Both the position numbers and the translations under genes were made by a program. From Bacillota bacterium (GTDB taxonomy: Bacteria; Bacillota; Clostridia; Lachnospirales; Lachnospiraceae): DNA of 64,000 nt. Under the pieces are notes generated by a model, which searched no databases, was not told the origin of the DNA, and was given only the letters and a program-made list of their open reading frames with translations. The DNA lies in contig JAEWAK010000008.1 in the NCBI GenBank assembly GCA_023391695.1, positions 56,081 to 120,080 of the forward strand, written 5' to 3'. Positions 37,269 through 48,133 of this stretch are shown piece after piece. How positions within the stretch are numbered: the stretch's first letter is position 1; each line of letters begins with the position of its first letter.

Positions 37269-37522
37269 GATGTTCCTGAAAATTAAACATCTGGGACTAA
37301 TATGGGAAAAAACGAATAAATTGGTTGAAAATATTAACGAAAAAAGCTTGAATGTTAATGAAAAAAATATACAAAATAACATATATGATTCCGGCGGATC
37401 GAATTGATGGAATAACATTGACGAATATACCGCTGCCATATATGATTGATATAGATGTTATATATAAAAAATATATACATTGACTGGACATTTTCTATAT
37501 TCAAATTTGAAAGAGGAAAAAT

Positions 37523-39628
37523 ATGCGTCTGAATTATCAAATGGGAATTATTCTTGAGGCCTCAATGAATAGTGACACACCCATTGGTGTACACGAGGTG
37601 ATGCAATACTTAGACATATCAAAAAGTGCAGCATATCTTTTGATACAAAATTGTGAGACTTGGCTTATTGAAAATAAAATTCAGGTGAATTCTTCACAAC
37701 AGCGAAGGGAACTTTTTATCGGGAAGCAGGTTTTGAAAGATAATCTTCGAAATAAACTTTCAGAAGCAAGTTTTAATGATTTTGAGTTTTCTGCAAGGGA
37801 AAGAAGAATTTTTGTTGTCTTAATGTTATTACGTAAAAAGCATGTGAGCACACGTGAAATAACAGAACGTTTTAATATAAGCAGAAATACCTGTATTTTG
37901 GATCTGGCTAAAGTAAACGAGCTGTTACTGCCCTTTCAGGCAGAATTTACATCCGGAAACCATGGTTATACCCTTTTGGGGCGGGAATATGACATTTACC
38001 GGCTGTGTCTCTGGGTGGTATCCGATATTTTATCTGAACTTTATCCAGGTAATTATGACATGGCACTGTCTTTATTCGATTTTCCAAAAGATAAAATAAT
38101 GGGTATTTATCAGATGCTATACGGAGCCGCAAAACAGTATGATTTATCGTTTAACCGCGAAGCTGTCTATATATTCTGTGCTGCCTGTACTTTAGTTTCC
38201 AAAAGAATCAGTTCAGGTAATGGAATCTCCGTAAACAGAGTACCTCATTATCACGAGATGAATCAGTACAATAACCGTATTCGTAAAATTCTCTTTAAAA
38301 TTGGGGTCATCGATGCGGTTTTGGGCAATCAGATCCAGGCGGCGGAAAATAAAACGGATGGGGAGCCCGATAGGGCTGCAGCGGCAGAATGCTTATCCCG
38401 GATGTTTATATGTGCCTGTGAAGAAACGGGAGATGATATAGTAACAATTCATATAAAAGAAGAAGATTTGGGAAATTATGCTTTTCAGATTATTCAAAAG
38501 TATGAAAGCTATATAGGAATGCTGTTTGAGAATAGGGAAGAATTAAAAAGGGCGGTAGCTCTAAGCTTAAAATGTATTTTGCTTAGAAAAAAATATGGTT
38601 TTTTTATTTATCATACGTTGATTAAAGAGCTTAAAAAACATTACAGCCATATTATTAAACTGACCCAAAAGGCAGTAGAAGGAATTTCCTATATTGAAAA
38701 CCTGATCACGGAGGAGGATTCCGTACTTTTTGGCATTAATTTTTTAGGTTGGATGTACCGGAGTAAGCGGGTGACTTCCCAGACACCCCATATTCTGGTT
38801 GTGTGCGCCGGTAATGTGGGGACCAGTGTACTGCTTCAGGGGCAGATCGAAAAGCTGCTTCCGGGTGCACAGGTGCTGACAGCCTCTTTATTTCAGGATT
38901 TATCCAAACTTGTTGAATATATGGATTTTATTGTATCCACGATCCCGATTGAAGTAAACGGTATTCCGATCGTAGTGGTCAATACGTTTTTAACAGATCA
39001 TGACAAAATCAGGATCAGAAAATTGACAGAACATAAAGTTACTGAGGACGAGGACTTATTAAGGTTCTTGAAGGATTTTGCGGTTATGTCAAAAGATTTT
39101 ATTACCTCCGGTGAAAGGAGCCATTTACGGCATAGACTGGAGGAATATTTTAAGATAAACAGAGCTAAAATTATTTACGGTACAGGAGGTCGTCCGTTGT
39201 TAAGAGACTTAGTAACAGAAAACAGAGTCTGTATTGTGGATTCTGTGAAAGACTGGAAGGAAGCAATTCGTCTGGCTGCCAGACCTTTGGAAGAAGATAA
39301 AAGCATTGAACCGGCTTATACGGAAGCAATGATCCATTCGGTAGAAACTCTGGGGCCGTATATTGTACTCGCTCCTGGAATTGCTCTTCCCCATGCCAGA
39401 CCGGAATCCGGTGTGCGTACAATGTCTATGGCTTTACTTAAAGTGAAAGATAAAGTATATTTCACGGAAGAAAAGTATGCAAATTTATTCTTTGTGCTGG
39501 CAAGTGCGGACGGGAACAGTCATTTGGATGCTTTGAGGGAGCTATCGATAATTTTTGCAGATGAAGCTGCGATTAATAAATTTATGAAAGCGGATACAGT
39601 AAAAGAGCTTTATCAATTAATACGGTAG
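37523..39628 (+). CDS. BglG/MtlR-type PTS-regulated transcription regulator (HTH, PRD-like, EIIB, EIIA)
   Basis: HTH FNISRNT; EIIB VVCAGNVGTS; EIIA GPYIVLAPGIALPHARP. Confidence 0.88.
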   Translation: MRLNYQMGIILEASMNSDTPIGVHEVMQYLDISKSAAYLLIQNCETWLIENKIQVNSSQQRRELFIGKQVLKDNLRNKLSEASFNDFEFSARERRIFVVLMLLRKKHVSTREITERFNISRNTCILDLAKVNELLLPFQAEFTSGNHGYTLLGREYDIYRLCLWVVSDILSELYPGNYDMALSLFDFPKDKIMGIYQMLYGAAKQYDLSFNREAVYIFCAACTLVSKRISSGNGISVNRVPHYHEMNQYNNRIRKILFKIGVIDAVLGNQIQAAENKTDGEPDRAAAAECLSRMFICACEETGDDIVTIHIKEEDLGNYAFQIIQKYESYIGMLFENREELKRAVALSLKCILLRKKYGFFIYHTLIKELKKHYSHIIKLTQKAVEGISYIENLITEEDSVLFGINFLGWMYRSKRVTSQTPHILVVCAGNVGTSVLLQGQIEKLLPGAQVLTASLFQDLSKLVEYMDFIVSTIPIEVNGIPIVVVNTFLTDHDKIRIRKLTEHKVTEDEDLLRFLKDFAVMSKDFITSGERSHLRHRLEEYFKINRAKIIYGTGGRPLLRDLVTENRVCIVDSVKDWKEAIRLAARPLEEDKSIEPAYTEAMIHSVETLGPYIVLAPGIALPHARPESGVRTMSMALLKVKDKVYFTEEKYANLFFVLASADGNSHLDALRELSIIFADEAAINKFMKADTVKELYQLIR

Positions 39629-39680
39629 GGGGATCAGCATACCGAATTATAATTACAACGAAAGGAGGGCTTAAATTATT

Positions 39681-39950
39681 ATGAAAATTTTATGTGTATG
39701 CGGCTTAGGCCAGGGTTCCAGTTTAATTTTGCGTATGAATGTGGAAGATTTACTAAAGGCCAGGGGAATGTTTGCAGATGTGGATAATACGGATGCATCT
39801 TCCGCATCTTTCGAAAGATGTGATTATATTATTACTTCCAATGAAATCGCAGAAAATATTAAGAACCCCACTGCTAAAATTATAACTGTCAGCAATTATT
39901 TTAACAAGACGATCATAGAGAAAGAAATTGGGGAGATCTTTGAGAGCTGA
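39681..39950 (+). CDS. PTS EIIB component (UlaB-like)
   Basis: MKILCVCGLGQGSS. Confidence 0.92.
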   Translation: MKILCVCGLGQGSSLILRMNVEDLLKARGMFADVDNTDASSASFERCDYIITSNEIAENIKNPTAKIITVSNYFNKTIIEKEIGEIFES

Positions 39951-40027
39951 ATTTTAAAAGTGCAGCAATCGTTTACATGTTTTAATCGGATATTATCCTT
40001 AATAAATAAGATCACGGAGGGATATTT

Positions 40028-41335
40028 ATGGAAATCATTTCAAGCCTGGCAACCTGGCTGGCAAACAACATATTCGGCGTACCAACTTTTCTTTTAATGC
40101 TAATCGTTTTAGCAGGGCACTTATTACAAAAATCACCTGTGGAGAAAATTATCTCCGGTACAATTAAGGCAGGTGTGGGTTTTCTGGTTATTAATGCCGG
40201 TTCCGGTGTAATTTCAGGCAGCCTGACATCCTTTACCAATGTTTGGTCGGAAGTATTCGGATTACATGCCGCTTCCTATGCGGATAAAGAAAATTTTACT
40301 TCGGATTTTGGCAGTACGGTAGCATTGATTATGCTGTTTGGGTTTTTGATCAATGTGTTATTTGCCAGAATTACAAAATTTAAATACATCTATTTGACCG
40401 GACATATGATGTGGTGGGTCTCTTTAATCTTTACCGGCGTTATCGTAAATGCGTTTCCGGATATAAGTAAACCGCTTTTGATTTGTATCATCTCTCCTGT
40501 TATGGGTCTTTATTGGACGTTCCAGCCAGCCCTGACACAAAAATATGTCCGCAGGGTTACAGGGGGGGATGACGTAGCTTTGGGACATACGGCCGGTATT
40601 GGTGCGTGGCTGGCAGGACTTTGCGGAAATCTGTTTGCGAAAAACAAGAAAGATGCCGAGTCAATTAATTTTCCCAAAAGCTTGTCCTTTTTAAGGGATA
40701 ATAACGTTGTTACCGGACTGGTTATGATAATATTTTTCATTATCGGCTCCGCAGTCGTAATGATTAAGAATACGGAATCCGGTGCGGAATTGATGGCTGC
40801 CTCCGGAACGCAAAGTTTCATGATTTATGGCATGGTACAATCCTTAACCTTTGTGGCCGGTATCGCAGTAGTACTTACGGGTGTCAAGATGTTTGTCGGA
40901 GAAATGGTTCCTGCATTCCGGGGCATTTCCTCAAAAATCGTTCCGAATGCGGTACCTGCCCTTGACTGTCCGATTCTTTTTACATATGCGCCCAATGCTA
41001 CGGTAATCGGTTTCTTCGGTGCTTTCCTGGGTGCAATTATCTGGATGGCAATTTTAGGTGTATCGGCAGATTATGTATTTGTTCCCTCCATGATAGTCCT
41101 GTTCTTCCACGGTGCTACGGCGGGTATTCTCGGCAATTCCACAGGTGGAATAAAAGGCGCATTTTTGGGCGGAATTATTATAGGTACCATCGTTGCTATC
41201 GGCCAATGGGCATGTATTACCTTCTTTATAGACGGCACAATTCCTGCAACTGCAGCCTGGGCCGGTGACACGGATCAATTTGTCATTGCACCGTTAATTT
41301 CAATGATCGGTAAATTATTATCAAGTATCTTCTGA
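40028..41335 (+). CDS. PTS EIIC component, L-ascorbate (UlaA/SgaT) family
   Basis: YIYLTGH, ALGH, GVKMFVGEMVPAFRGIS and ALDCP motifs. Confidence 0.9.
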   Translation: MEIISSLATWLANNIFGVPTFLLMLIVLAGHLLQKSPVEKIISGTIKAGVGFLVINAGSGVISGSLTSFTNVWSEVFGLHAASYADKENFTSDFGSTVALIMLFGFLINVLFARITKFKYIYLTGHMMWWVSLIFTGVIVNAFPDISKPLLICIISPVMGLYWTFQPALTQKYVRRVTGGDDVALGHTAGIGAWLAGLCGNLFAKNKKDAESINFPKSLSFLRDNNVVTGLVMIIFFIIGSAVVMIKNTESGAELMAASGTQSFMIYGMVQSLTFVAGIAVVLTGVKMFVGEMVPAFRGISSKIVPNAVPALDCPILFTYAPNATVIGFFGAFLGAIIWMAILGVSADYVFVPSMIVLFFHGATAGILGNSTGGIKGAFLGGIIIGTIVAIGQWACITFFIDGTIPATAAWAGDTDQFVIAPLISMIGKLLSSIF

Positions 41336-41542
41336 TGTACCGGCCACTCGGTACTTAACCGGTTATTCGGATGATTACAGGTACCTCAGAACGTTATGCC
41401 AGATGAATGATCGGATGTATTTATTACACAGCGCGTCAGTACCTGAGTTTGGCAAGTCGGGAGCTTCCATGTCATAGAAAACAGGAAATAAAGAGGTAAT
41501 ATGCTAAAATATTTTTAGAATAAGGATATTGGGTGATGAAGT

Positions 41543-42541
41543 ATGAGTTATGTCAGAACTTTTAAAGGAGATATCAAACCTGAGGAGATGGGATTTACAC
41601 TGGCACATGAACATTTGGTATGCAGGCCTCCTCATTGGATATGGAAGAACGAAGAAGATCTGATACTGGATGATCCGGAAAAAACCAGGTCAGACGTAGA
41701 GGATTATAAAAATGCAGGCGGTAAGACGATTGTCGATGCAACTGCCATTGACTATGGCCGTGATGTCACAGCAGTAGCGGATATTGCAAAAAAAACCGGG
41801 ATAACTATTATCGGAACGGCAGGATTTAATAAAAGCTTTTTATGGGATGCACCTTTAGATGAGCGCCTCTCTTCACTTCTTGGCGGTTATTCTGATTTCA
41901 GGTCCTGGATTCAGGATACACCGGTGGAAAAATTAACGGACTTTGTTGCGGATGAGATCGAAAACGGACTGGAAGGAACCTCTTTTAAAGCCGGACAGGT
42001 GAAATTTGGAACCGGCTATAATATGATATCACCGCTGGAGGCCAAAACAATAGAAGTGGCATGCGCAGTCCATTTAAAAACGGGTGCTCCGATCCATGCA
42101 CATACGGAAGCCGGTACTATGGCTTTAAGGCAGATTGAAATACTCAGGTCCTGCGGCGCGGACCCTGAAAATGTAAGTCTGGGACATATGGACCGCAATC
42201 TGGATCTGTGGTATCATCGGAAAATTGCAGAAACAGGTGCATTTCTATCCTTTGACGGAATCGGCAAGATAAAATACCATCCGGAAAGTGTTTTAATAGA
42301 ACATATTATTACGCTGGTAAAAGACGGTTTCCGGAAACAAATTTTAATATCCGGGGATACGGCAAGAAAATCTTACTATAAGCATTACAAATGCGGGCTT
42401 GGATTAGATTATTCCATTACCGGATGGATACCGCAGTTTAAGGATATGGCAGCCAGTGCGGGACTGGATGCGGAAGCTGTGTTAAAGGATTTCTTTGTTC
42501 ATAATCCTGCCAGGTGCATGACTTTTAAGATAAAGACCTAA
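41543..42541 (+). CDS. phosphotriesterase-homology protein (amidohydrolase, putative phosphosugar lactonase)
   Basis: HEH, DATAIDYGRD, VKFG, AHT, GHMD, SGD and NPAR motifs. Confidence 0.88.
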   Translation: MSYVRTFKGDIKPEEMGFTLAHEHLVCRPPHWIWKNEEDLILDDPEKTRSDVEDYKNAGGKTIVDATAIDYGRDVTAVADIAKKTGITIIGTAGFNKSFLWDAPLDERLSSLLGGYSDFRSWIQDTPVEKLTDFVADEIENGLEGTSFKAGQVKFGTGYNMISPLEAKTIEVACAVHLKTGAPIHAHTEAGTMALRQIEILRSCGADPENVSLGHMDRNLDLWYHRKIAETGAFLSFDGIGKIKYHPESVLIEHIITLVKDGFRKQILISGDTARKSYYKHYKCGLGLDYSITGWIPQFKDMAASAGLDAEAVLKDFFVHNPARCMTFKIKT

Positions 42542-42563
42542 GGTTTATAAAGGAGTGGTTGGT

Positions 42564-43304
42564 ATGGAGAAAAATAGGAAATATCAATGGGAAGAAAACT
42601 CTTCCGAGGGAATAACAAATTGGTTAACCGATTTGAAAACTGCAATTTTACCATTAGGAGCCATTGAGGATCATGGTCCTCATCTTCCGGTAGGTACCGA
42701 TAATTATATCTGTGAAAAAGTATGCAAAATGTTGGCGGAAGAGACTGGTGATTTTGTATTGCCCACTATAAAATATACTTACGTATGGAGCCTGGGAGAC
42801 AAAACCGGGACAATATCCTTAAGTTTTGATACCCTTCGTAAAGTGATTGAAGAAATCGCATTAGAGTTATACCGGCAGGGCTTTCGGACACTCGTATGTG
42901 TGGATGCCCATATCGGAAATACACCTGTAATAAAGGCTGCGTTCCGGGATATCCTAGAGATTCATTCTGATATGAAGTGTATGTATTTTGCCTATTTGGA
43001 TACGGCCTCGGAAGTGGACATCTTTGATACCCCCAGAGCTTCGGGAAAATATATTCACGCTTGTGAGATCGAAACATCCGCAATGCTGTATGCAAAACCG
43101 GAGACGGTAGATATGGGAAAAGCGGAAGTCAATTATCCGGTTTTTCCTCCAAGAAGCAATTATCTGAATTTAAGATGGAGTGAATTTACCCAAGTTGCCG
43201 TACTTGGTGACCCAACCTGTGCCACCGCCGGGAAAGGTAAAGCTTTACTGGAAACAGCAGTGAAAAAAATAGCTGAGTTTATTCAGGCAGAAAGGGAAAG
43301 ATAA
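42564..43304 (+). CDS. creatininase-family amidohydrolase
   Basis: GAIEDHGPHLPVGTD, AHIGN, HACEIETS and GDP..AT..KG motifs. Confidence 0.9.
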   Translation: MEKNRKYQWEENSSEGITNWLTDLKTAILPLGAIEDHGPHLPVGTDNYICEKVCKMLAEETGDFVLPTIKYTYVWSLGDKTGTISLSFDTLRKVIEEIALELYRQGFRTLVCVDAHIGNTPVIKAAFRDILEIHSDMKCMYFAYLDTASEVDIFDTPRASGKYIHACEIETSAMLYAKPETVDMGKAEVNYPVFPPRSNYLNLRWSEFTQVAVLGDPTCATAGKGKALLETAVKKIAEFIQAERER

Positions 43305-43306
43305 AT

Positions 43307-44050
43307 ATGGAACAAATAAACCGATATTTTAATGACATTAACAGGTTATTAGAAAGAGTAAGAACTACCCAGCAGGAAGAGCTAAAGAAAGCGGCGGCAA
43401 TTATCGCAGACTGTATAAAAAAAGACGGGCTTATCTATGTATATGGAAGCGGACATGCACATATGTCGGCGGAGGAATTATTCTACCGTGCAGGCGGCCT
43501 TGGGAATATTTATCCAATATTTATTGAAGCTTTAATGCTTCATGAGGCAGCAGCCCTGTCTTCCCAGTTAGAAAAAAGAGAAGGATATCTGACTGATACG
43601 GTGAATAACCTGCCAATTAACGATAAGGACGTTGTTATCGTGGTCTCCACGTCCGGAAGAAATGCAACACCGATTGATACGGCACTTATTGCACAGGAAA
43701 AAGGTGCAAAACTAATTACCATTTTCAGTAGGGAATATTCCATGTCCGCCCAGAGCGGTCATAGCAGTAGGAAAAGATTGCTGGATCTGGGAGATGCCAG
43801 GATCGATAACGGTGCGCCGATAGGAGATGCAGCTTTAAGCATGGAAGGTGTGGATGCAAATTTTTCTCCCGTGTCATCTGTGGTTAATCTTACGATCTTA
43901 CAGTCCGTTGTTGCTGAGGCCATTGCTGTCTGTGTGAAAGATGGGGTTAAGTATATTCCTGTTTTCAAGAGCGGCAATATGGCCGGCGGAGCAGAATATA
44001 ACCAAGCTATCCTCGAAAAATACAGGAATAGGGTACCTTCCTTAAAATAA
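43307..44050 (+). CDS. SIS-domain sugar-phosphate isomerase-like protein
   Basis: YGSGHAH, EELFYRAGGL, STSGRN and PVFKSGN motifs. Confidence 0.88.
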   Translation: MEQINRYFNDINRLLERVRTTQQEELKKAAAIIADCIKKDGLIYVYGSGHAHMSAEELFYRAGGLGNIYPIFIEALMLHEAAALSSQLEKREGYLTDTVNNLPINDKDVVIVVSTSGRNATPIDTALIAQEKGAKLITIFSREYSMSAQSGHSSRKRLLDLGDARIDNGAPIGDAALSMEGVDANFSPVSSVVNLTILQSVVAEAIAVCVKDGVKYIPVFKSGNMAGGAEYNQAILEKYRNRVPSLK

Positions 44051-44117
44051 TCCGGTCCGCATGATAGCAGAGTTATTTCTTATTAACATAATAAGCTAAA
44101 TTTTTTTATGTAATACC

Positions 44118-44218
44118 GAAAGGGATAATTTAAACTGTGATTAAAATCTAAATGAATTATGGGCGTATTGCAAGCTGATCTTTTTCAGTCAGCCTTTGCA
44201 GTGCGCCCCTTCTGTTTG
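44118..44218 (+). repeat. direct repeat copy 2, containing a terminator
   Basis: Near-identical to 37172-37268 except for the hairpin loop. Confidence 0.85.
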
Positions 44219-44343
44219 ATTGCCAGTACGGTCTACATAAAAAAAGAGTATATAGATGAAATAATAGGAAGTAAATACATCTTATTTCAGATAAGAACTT
44301 GATATGAGGAGAGTTTCGGACTGTCTGAACCAGTAAATAATGG

Positions 44344-44372
44344 TTGACTCAGTCAGATAAATTAATTATAAT
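44344..44372 (+). promoter_or_regulatory. sigma-A promoter with overlapping palindrome (possible MarR autoregulatory site)
   Basis: TTGACT, 17 nt, TATAAT; palindrome TGACTcAGTCA covers the -35. Confidence 0.6.
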
Positions 44373-44403
44373 AAACTAAATTATAATTATAGGAGGTATT
44401 CAC

Positions 44404-45336
44404 ATGACTTCGATACATACACCTTTAGTCCGCACCATTCGGAAATTCAACCGGTATTATACAAATATTCTTGGACTTTTAGAGCAGCATATGCTGCACA
44501 GTAAATATTCTCTGTCAGAAGCCCGGGTAATGTACGAAATTGGGAATATGGAAGAGTGTACATCTAAAAAATTAATTCATGAACTGAGCATTGACTCCGG
44601 ATATCTGAGCCGGATCATCAAACGCTTTGAGAAGCAGGGTTTAACTTATAGGGAACAATCCGCGGAGGATGGCCGCCTGTACTATCTCTTTTTGACGAAC
44701 CGGGGGAAAGAAACACTTTCAAAACTGAATGAATTGTCTGATAAGCATATTTCCGATATGATTGCCGAATTACAGGAAGAAGACCAGGAAAGGCTTGCGG
44801 AAGGTATGCAGGCAATTGAAAGTGCGTTATCCGGAAAAACTGCTTTTGAAAAAGAAAAGATCAGCTTACGTAATGAATTAAGACCTGGAGATGTTGGCCG
44901 GCTTATTTGTCTGCATGGATGGATATATGCAGAGGAATGCGGGTATAACCATATGTTTGAAGGATATGTTTGCAAGACTTTTTATGACTTTTTTCAAAGC
45001 TACGATCCAGGTAAGGACAGATTTTGGCTTGCCGAGGCAAACGGAAACATAATAGGCGCCATTGCAATTGCCGGACATTCGGAAATAAGAGCACAGTTGA
45101 GATGGTTCATCCTGCATCCAGCGTTTCGTGGAATGGGTTTAGGAAACCGGCTGTTAAAGGAAGCCATACAATACTGCAGGGAAAAAGGATATAAAAATGT
45201 ATTTCTGGAGACTACGCAAGACCAGAAAACAGCAGTCAATATGTATACGAAAGCCGGATTTAGAAAAGTGAAAGAATTTGAAAACCATGCCTGGGGAAAG
45301 AGTTTGATTGAACAGAACTATGAATTGGATTTATGA
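44404..45336 (+). CDS. MarR wHTH-GNAT acetyltransferase fusion
   Basis: IDSGYLSR and DGR wHTH motifs; AQLRWF.LHP.FRGMGLG acetyl-CoA motif. Confidence 0.9.
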   Translation: MTSIHTPLVRTIRKFNRYYTNILGLLEQHMLHSKYSLSEARVMYEIGNMEECTSKKLIHELSIDSGYLSRIIKRFEKQGLTYREQSAEDGRLYYLFLTNRGKETLSKLNELSDKHISDMIAELQEEDQERLAEGMQAIESALSGKTAFEKEKISLRNELRPGDVGRLICLHGWIYAEECGYNHMFEGYVCKTFYDFFQSYDPGKDRFWLAEANGNIIGAIAIAGHSEIRAQLRWFILHPAFRGMGLGNRLLKEAIQYCREKGYKNVFLETTQDQKTAVNMYTKAGFRKVKEFENHAWGKSLIEQNYELDL

Positions 45337-45692
45337 TAATTATGCCAGATATGAGAGCTTTTTATCTAATTACGGGAAGTGCCGGTCAGTGACTGGCAAA
45401 TTGTGCAATATTAGGATAGTATCCACTTTGTATGTTATACAAGTGATATTGATAATTCAGCGAGGATAATTTACATGAGCTATACATTTTGCTAACAAAA
45501 ATTTGATACGAATAACGGAAAGAATTTTACAAATTTATACTATGAAATTGTCATATTTTGTGATATATTTAAATTAGACAAAAAACAAATGGCAAATTAA
45601 CAATAAGAGAACAGTGTTGTATAAATATGTACAAAATTGGAAGTGAAGGAAATCATCATATGTAAACAGATTTATTAGGGGTGTATAGCTGA

Positions 45693-46436
45693 ATGTATAA
45701 TATTGCAATTTGTGATGACGATCAGGTCTTTATAAGCTATATGAAGAAAATGATTATAGCCAGTGGATTAGACGAAAGAATGGTAGTGTTTTATGAATAC
45801 TGTTCGGGTGAAGAATTGATTCTCAGTATGAATAAAAATATTGAGTATGATTTATTAATATTAGATATGCAAATGGGTAATATGGACGGAATTGAAACAG
45901 CTAAATTATACAGAGGAAAGTATATAAATACGATTTTGGTTTTTTGTTCGGGAAGAGTAAAACCTACAGTCAAATCATTTGAAGTAACTCCTTTCCGCTA
46001 TTTGTTAAAGCAATACAGTGACAGCCGCATGCTGCGTGAAATGTATCCGATTATTGAAAAGATCAAAAGTTTGAAAATTGAGCCCTTTATTATTGGCAGT
46101 TATCTTTATAATACTGTAAAATTGACACCGGATGAAATTCTTTATATTGCCGTATCGAAACATGGAAGTGATATTTACATATGTTCACATATCATCCGAT
46201 ATGAATTTGAAAGAAAAATTAAAAGTAAAGAAAAAGTCAAAGAATTATATTTAATGCTAAAAAACCATGGTTTTGTGTATGCACATAATAGCTATATTGT
46301 AAACCTGAAATATATAAAAAGGAAAACAATGATTGAATTAGAACTGGTTGACGGAACCGTTTTATCAATTGCCCGCTCGAAAGAGAAAGAATTACGGAAA
46401 GCTCTGGCTGAACATTTAGCTCGAAAGTACGAATAA
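45693..46436 (+). CDS. agrA: LytTR response regulator (AgrA-like)
   Basis: IAICDD, LDMQM and YLLK receiver motifs; LytTR HNSYIVN...IARS; adjacent to GHKL kinase, agrD and agrB. Confidence 0.85.
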   Translation: MYNIAICDDDQVFISYMKKMIIASGLDERMVVFYEYCSGEELILSMNKNIEYDLLILDMQMGNMDGIETAKLYRGKYINTILVFCSGRVKPTVKSFEVTPFRYLLKQYSDSRMLREMYPIIEKIKSLKIEPFIIGSYLYNTVKLTPDEILYIAVSKHGSDIYICSHIIRYEFERKIKSKEKVKELYLMLKNHGFVYAHNSYIVNLKYIKRKTMIELELVDGTVLSIARSKEKELRKALAEHLARKYE

Positions 46437-46448
46437 TGAGGACGAATA

Positions 46449-47765
46449 ATGACTTGGTTGAATCGAATTATATTATTGTTTACTTGTATATTCGAAATAT
46501 ATATTCTATATGATTTTTTTAAAAGTTTTTTTCATTTGAGGACAGCTTTTAAAAACGTATTAATACGCAGATCGATTGTTATTACCGCAATTTTTACTTT
46601 ATTTATAATTAATAGTCTGAATAATGCTAATATAAATTTAATTTTAGTACCTATCATTTATTTAATGTTTGTCTATTACTGTTTTGAAGGAAACAGGTGG
46701 GTAAAACTCGGTTATTTTATTATCGCTTACAGTATAATACTGGGATGTGAATTTTTATTCGTGATATTATTGAAGATCCCATCACACTTTGTGGAAGAAA
46801 GCAGTATCACGGATTTATCCTCCATGCCCTGGCAGTTGCTGGCTCTGAAATTATTGACCTATATCTTGTTTATGGCTGCAAAACAGATACCAAAAGGTAC
46901 AAAACGACGTATGGACATAAAGACATTTTTTATGTATTTGTTTGTACCTATTTCCAGTTTGGGTATCATGTTAATGACTTATTATTCGGGAATGAATTTA
47001 ACGGGACACATATTTTTACAAAGCATCATGGTAGCCTGCTTTGCATTTCTGTTATTAGGTAATATTCTGATGTTTTATGCCTTCAATCGATATTCGGAAC
47101 AAATGGAAATAGGAATGCAGCAGGAACTGATTATTTCCAAACAAAATATGGATTTAAAATATTATGACCAGGTCGAAGTATTGAATGAGAAATATAAGGA
47201 ATTTATTCATAATACCAATCATTATTTAAAGGCGATAGGACAGTTGGCAATCGGCGAAAATGGCAATAAAATTTTAGATATATTAAACGAGTTACATATA
47301 GAACTTGAAAATAATGAAACAATTGTCTATTGCAAGGACCATACTATGAATGCAATACTAAGTGAAAGAAAAATACAGGCGGAAAAGAACAGGGTCATTT
47401 ATGATGCATATGTGGAACCGGGTTTTGATTTGGATAGTGTTATGGCTTTGGATCTGATAATTATGTTGGGGAACCTCCTTGATAATGCAATTACGGCCGC
47501 AAAACAATGCGAATCCGCAGGCAAAGTAATAATACGCATATTCGCGGATAATCAGAGAAATTTCAATGTTATTAAAATAGTGAATGATTTTGGCGGAGAG
47601 ATAAAGATTGATAACGGTAAATTAATATCGACCAAAAAAGATAAGGAATTACATGGTATTGGTATGGTAAGTGTGAAAAATACAGCTAAAAAATACGGAG
47701 GATATTTAGAATACTTTATTGAAGACAGGAAGTTTACGGTCATGTTGGTAATACCCGCAAAATAG
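46449..47765 (+). CDS. agrC: multi-TM GHKL sensor kinase (AgrC-like)
   Basis: About 6 TM segments; FIHNTNHYL H-box; GNLLDNAI.A; STK...HGIG. Confidence 0.85.
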   Translation: MTWLNRIILLFTCIFEIYILYDFFKSFFHLRTAFKNVLIRRSIVITAIFTLFIINSLNNANINLILVPIIYLMFVYYCFEGNRWVKLGYFIIAYSIILGCEFLFVILLKIPSHFVEESSITDLSSMPWQLLALKLLTYILFMAAKQIPKGTKRRMDIKTFFMYLFVPISSLGIMLMTYYSGMNLTGHIFLQSIMVACFAFLLLGNILMFYAFNRYSEQMEIGMQQELIISKQNMDLKYYDQVEVLNEKYKEFIHNTNHYLKAIGQLAIGENGNKILDILNELHIELENNETIVYCKDHTMNAILSERKIQAEKNRVIYDAYVEPGFDLDSVMALDLIIMLGNLLDNAITAAKQCESAGKVIIRIFADNQRNFNVIKIVNDFGGEIKIDNGKLISTKKDKELHGIGMVSVKNTAKKYGGYLEYFIEDRKFTVMLVIPAK

Positions 47766-47826
47766 AAAAATTTTAAAGTTTTTATGAAGCATATTATAAA
47801 GTGAAAAAATTAACCTGATTTAACCT

Positions 47827-47869
47827 AACAAGGAAGTCTCCCTCCGACAGCGGGAGACTTCCTTGTTTC
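47827..47869 (+). terminator. terminator after agrC
   Basis: 16-bp stem AACAAGGAAGTCTCCC / GGGAGACTTCCTTGTT. Confidence 0.8.
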
Positions 47870-48133
47870 AATAGAGGCGGGAGCCAATAAATTGCAGCAT
47901 AGCTGCGTTATAGGAATGAGCAGGCAACAAAACGGAATGTGAATATCCGCTTTAAAAATTTCCAGTAGTGTAATTGTTGTATATGTTATATACATAGCAT
48001 TTACACTTTTTTTATTTCATACAAGGAAAATCCGTAGAAATTTCTTATAAAACAAAAAAGCCTTCCGGGCAGGATATACATGGCGCATCAGTGGAAAATT
48101 ATCACTGAAGTAATAGTACGTCAGTGCTGGAGT

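Noticed and set aside
41336..41542. 207-bp gap in the PTS operon with RBS-ATG-MLKYF-stop
   Set aside because: Could be a deleted-gene scar but is too short to support
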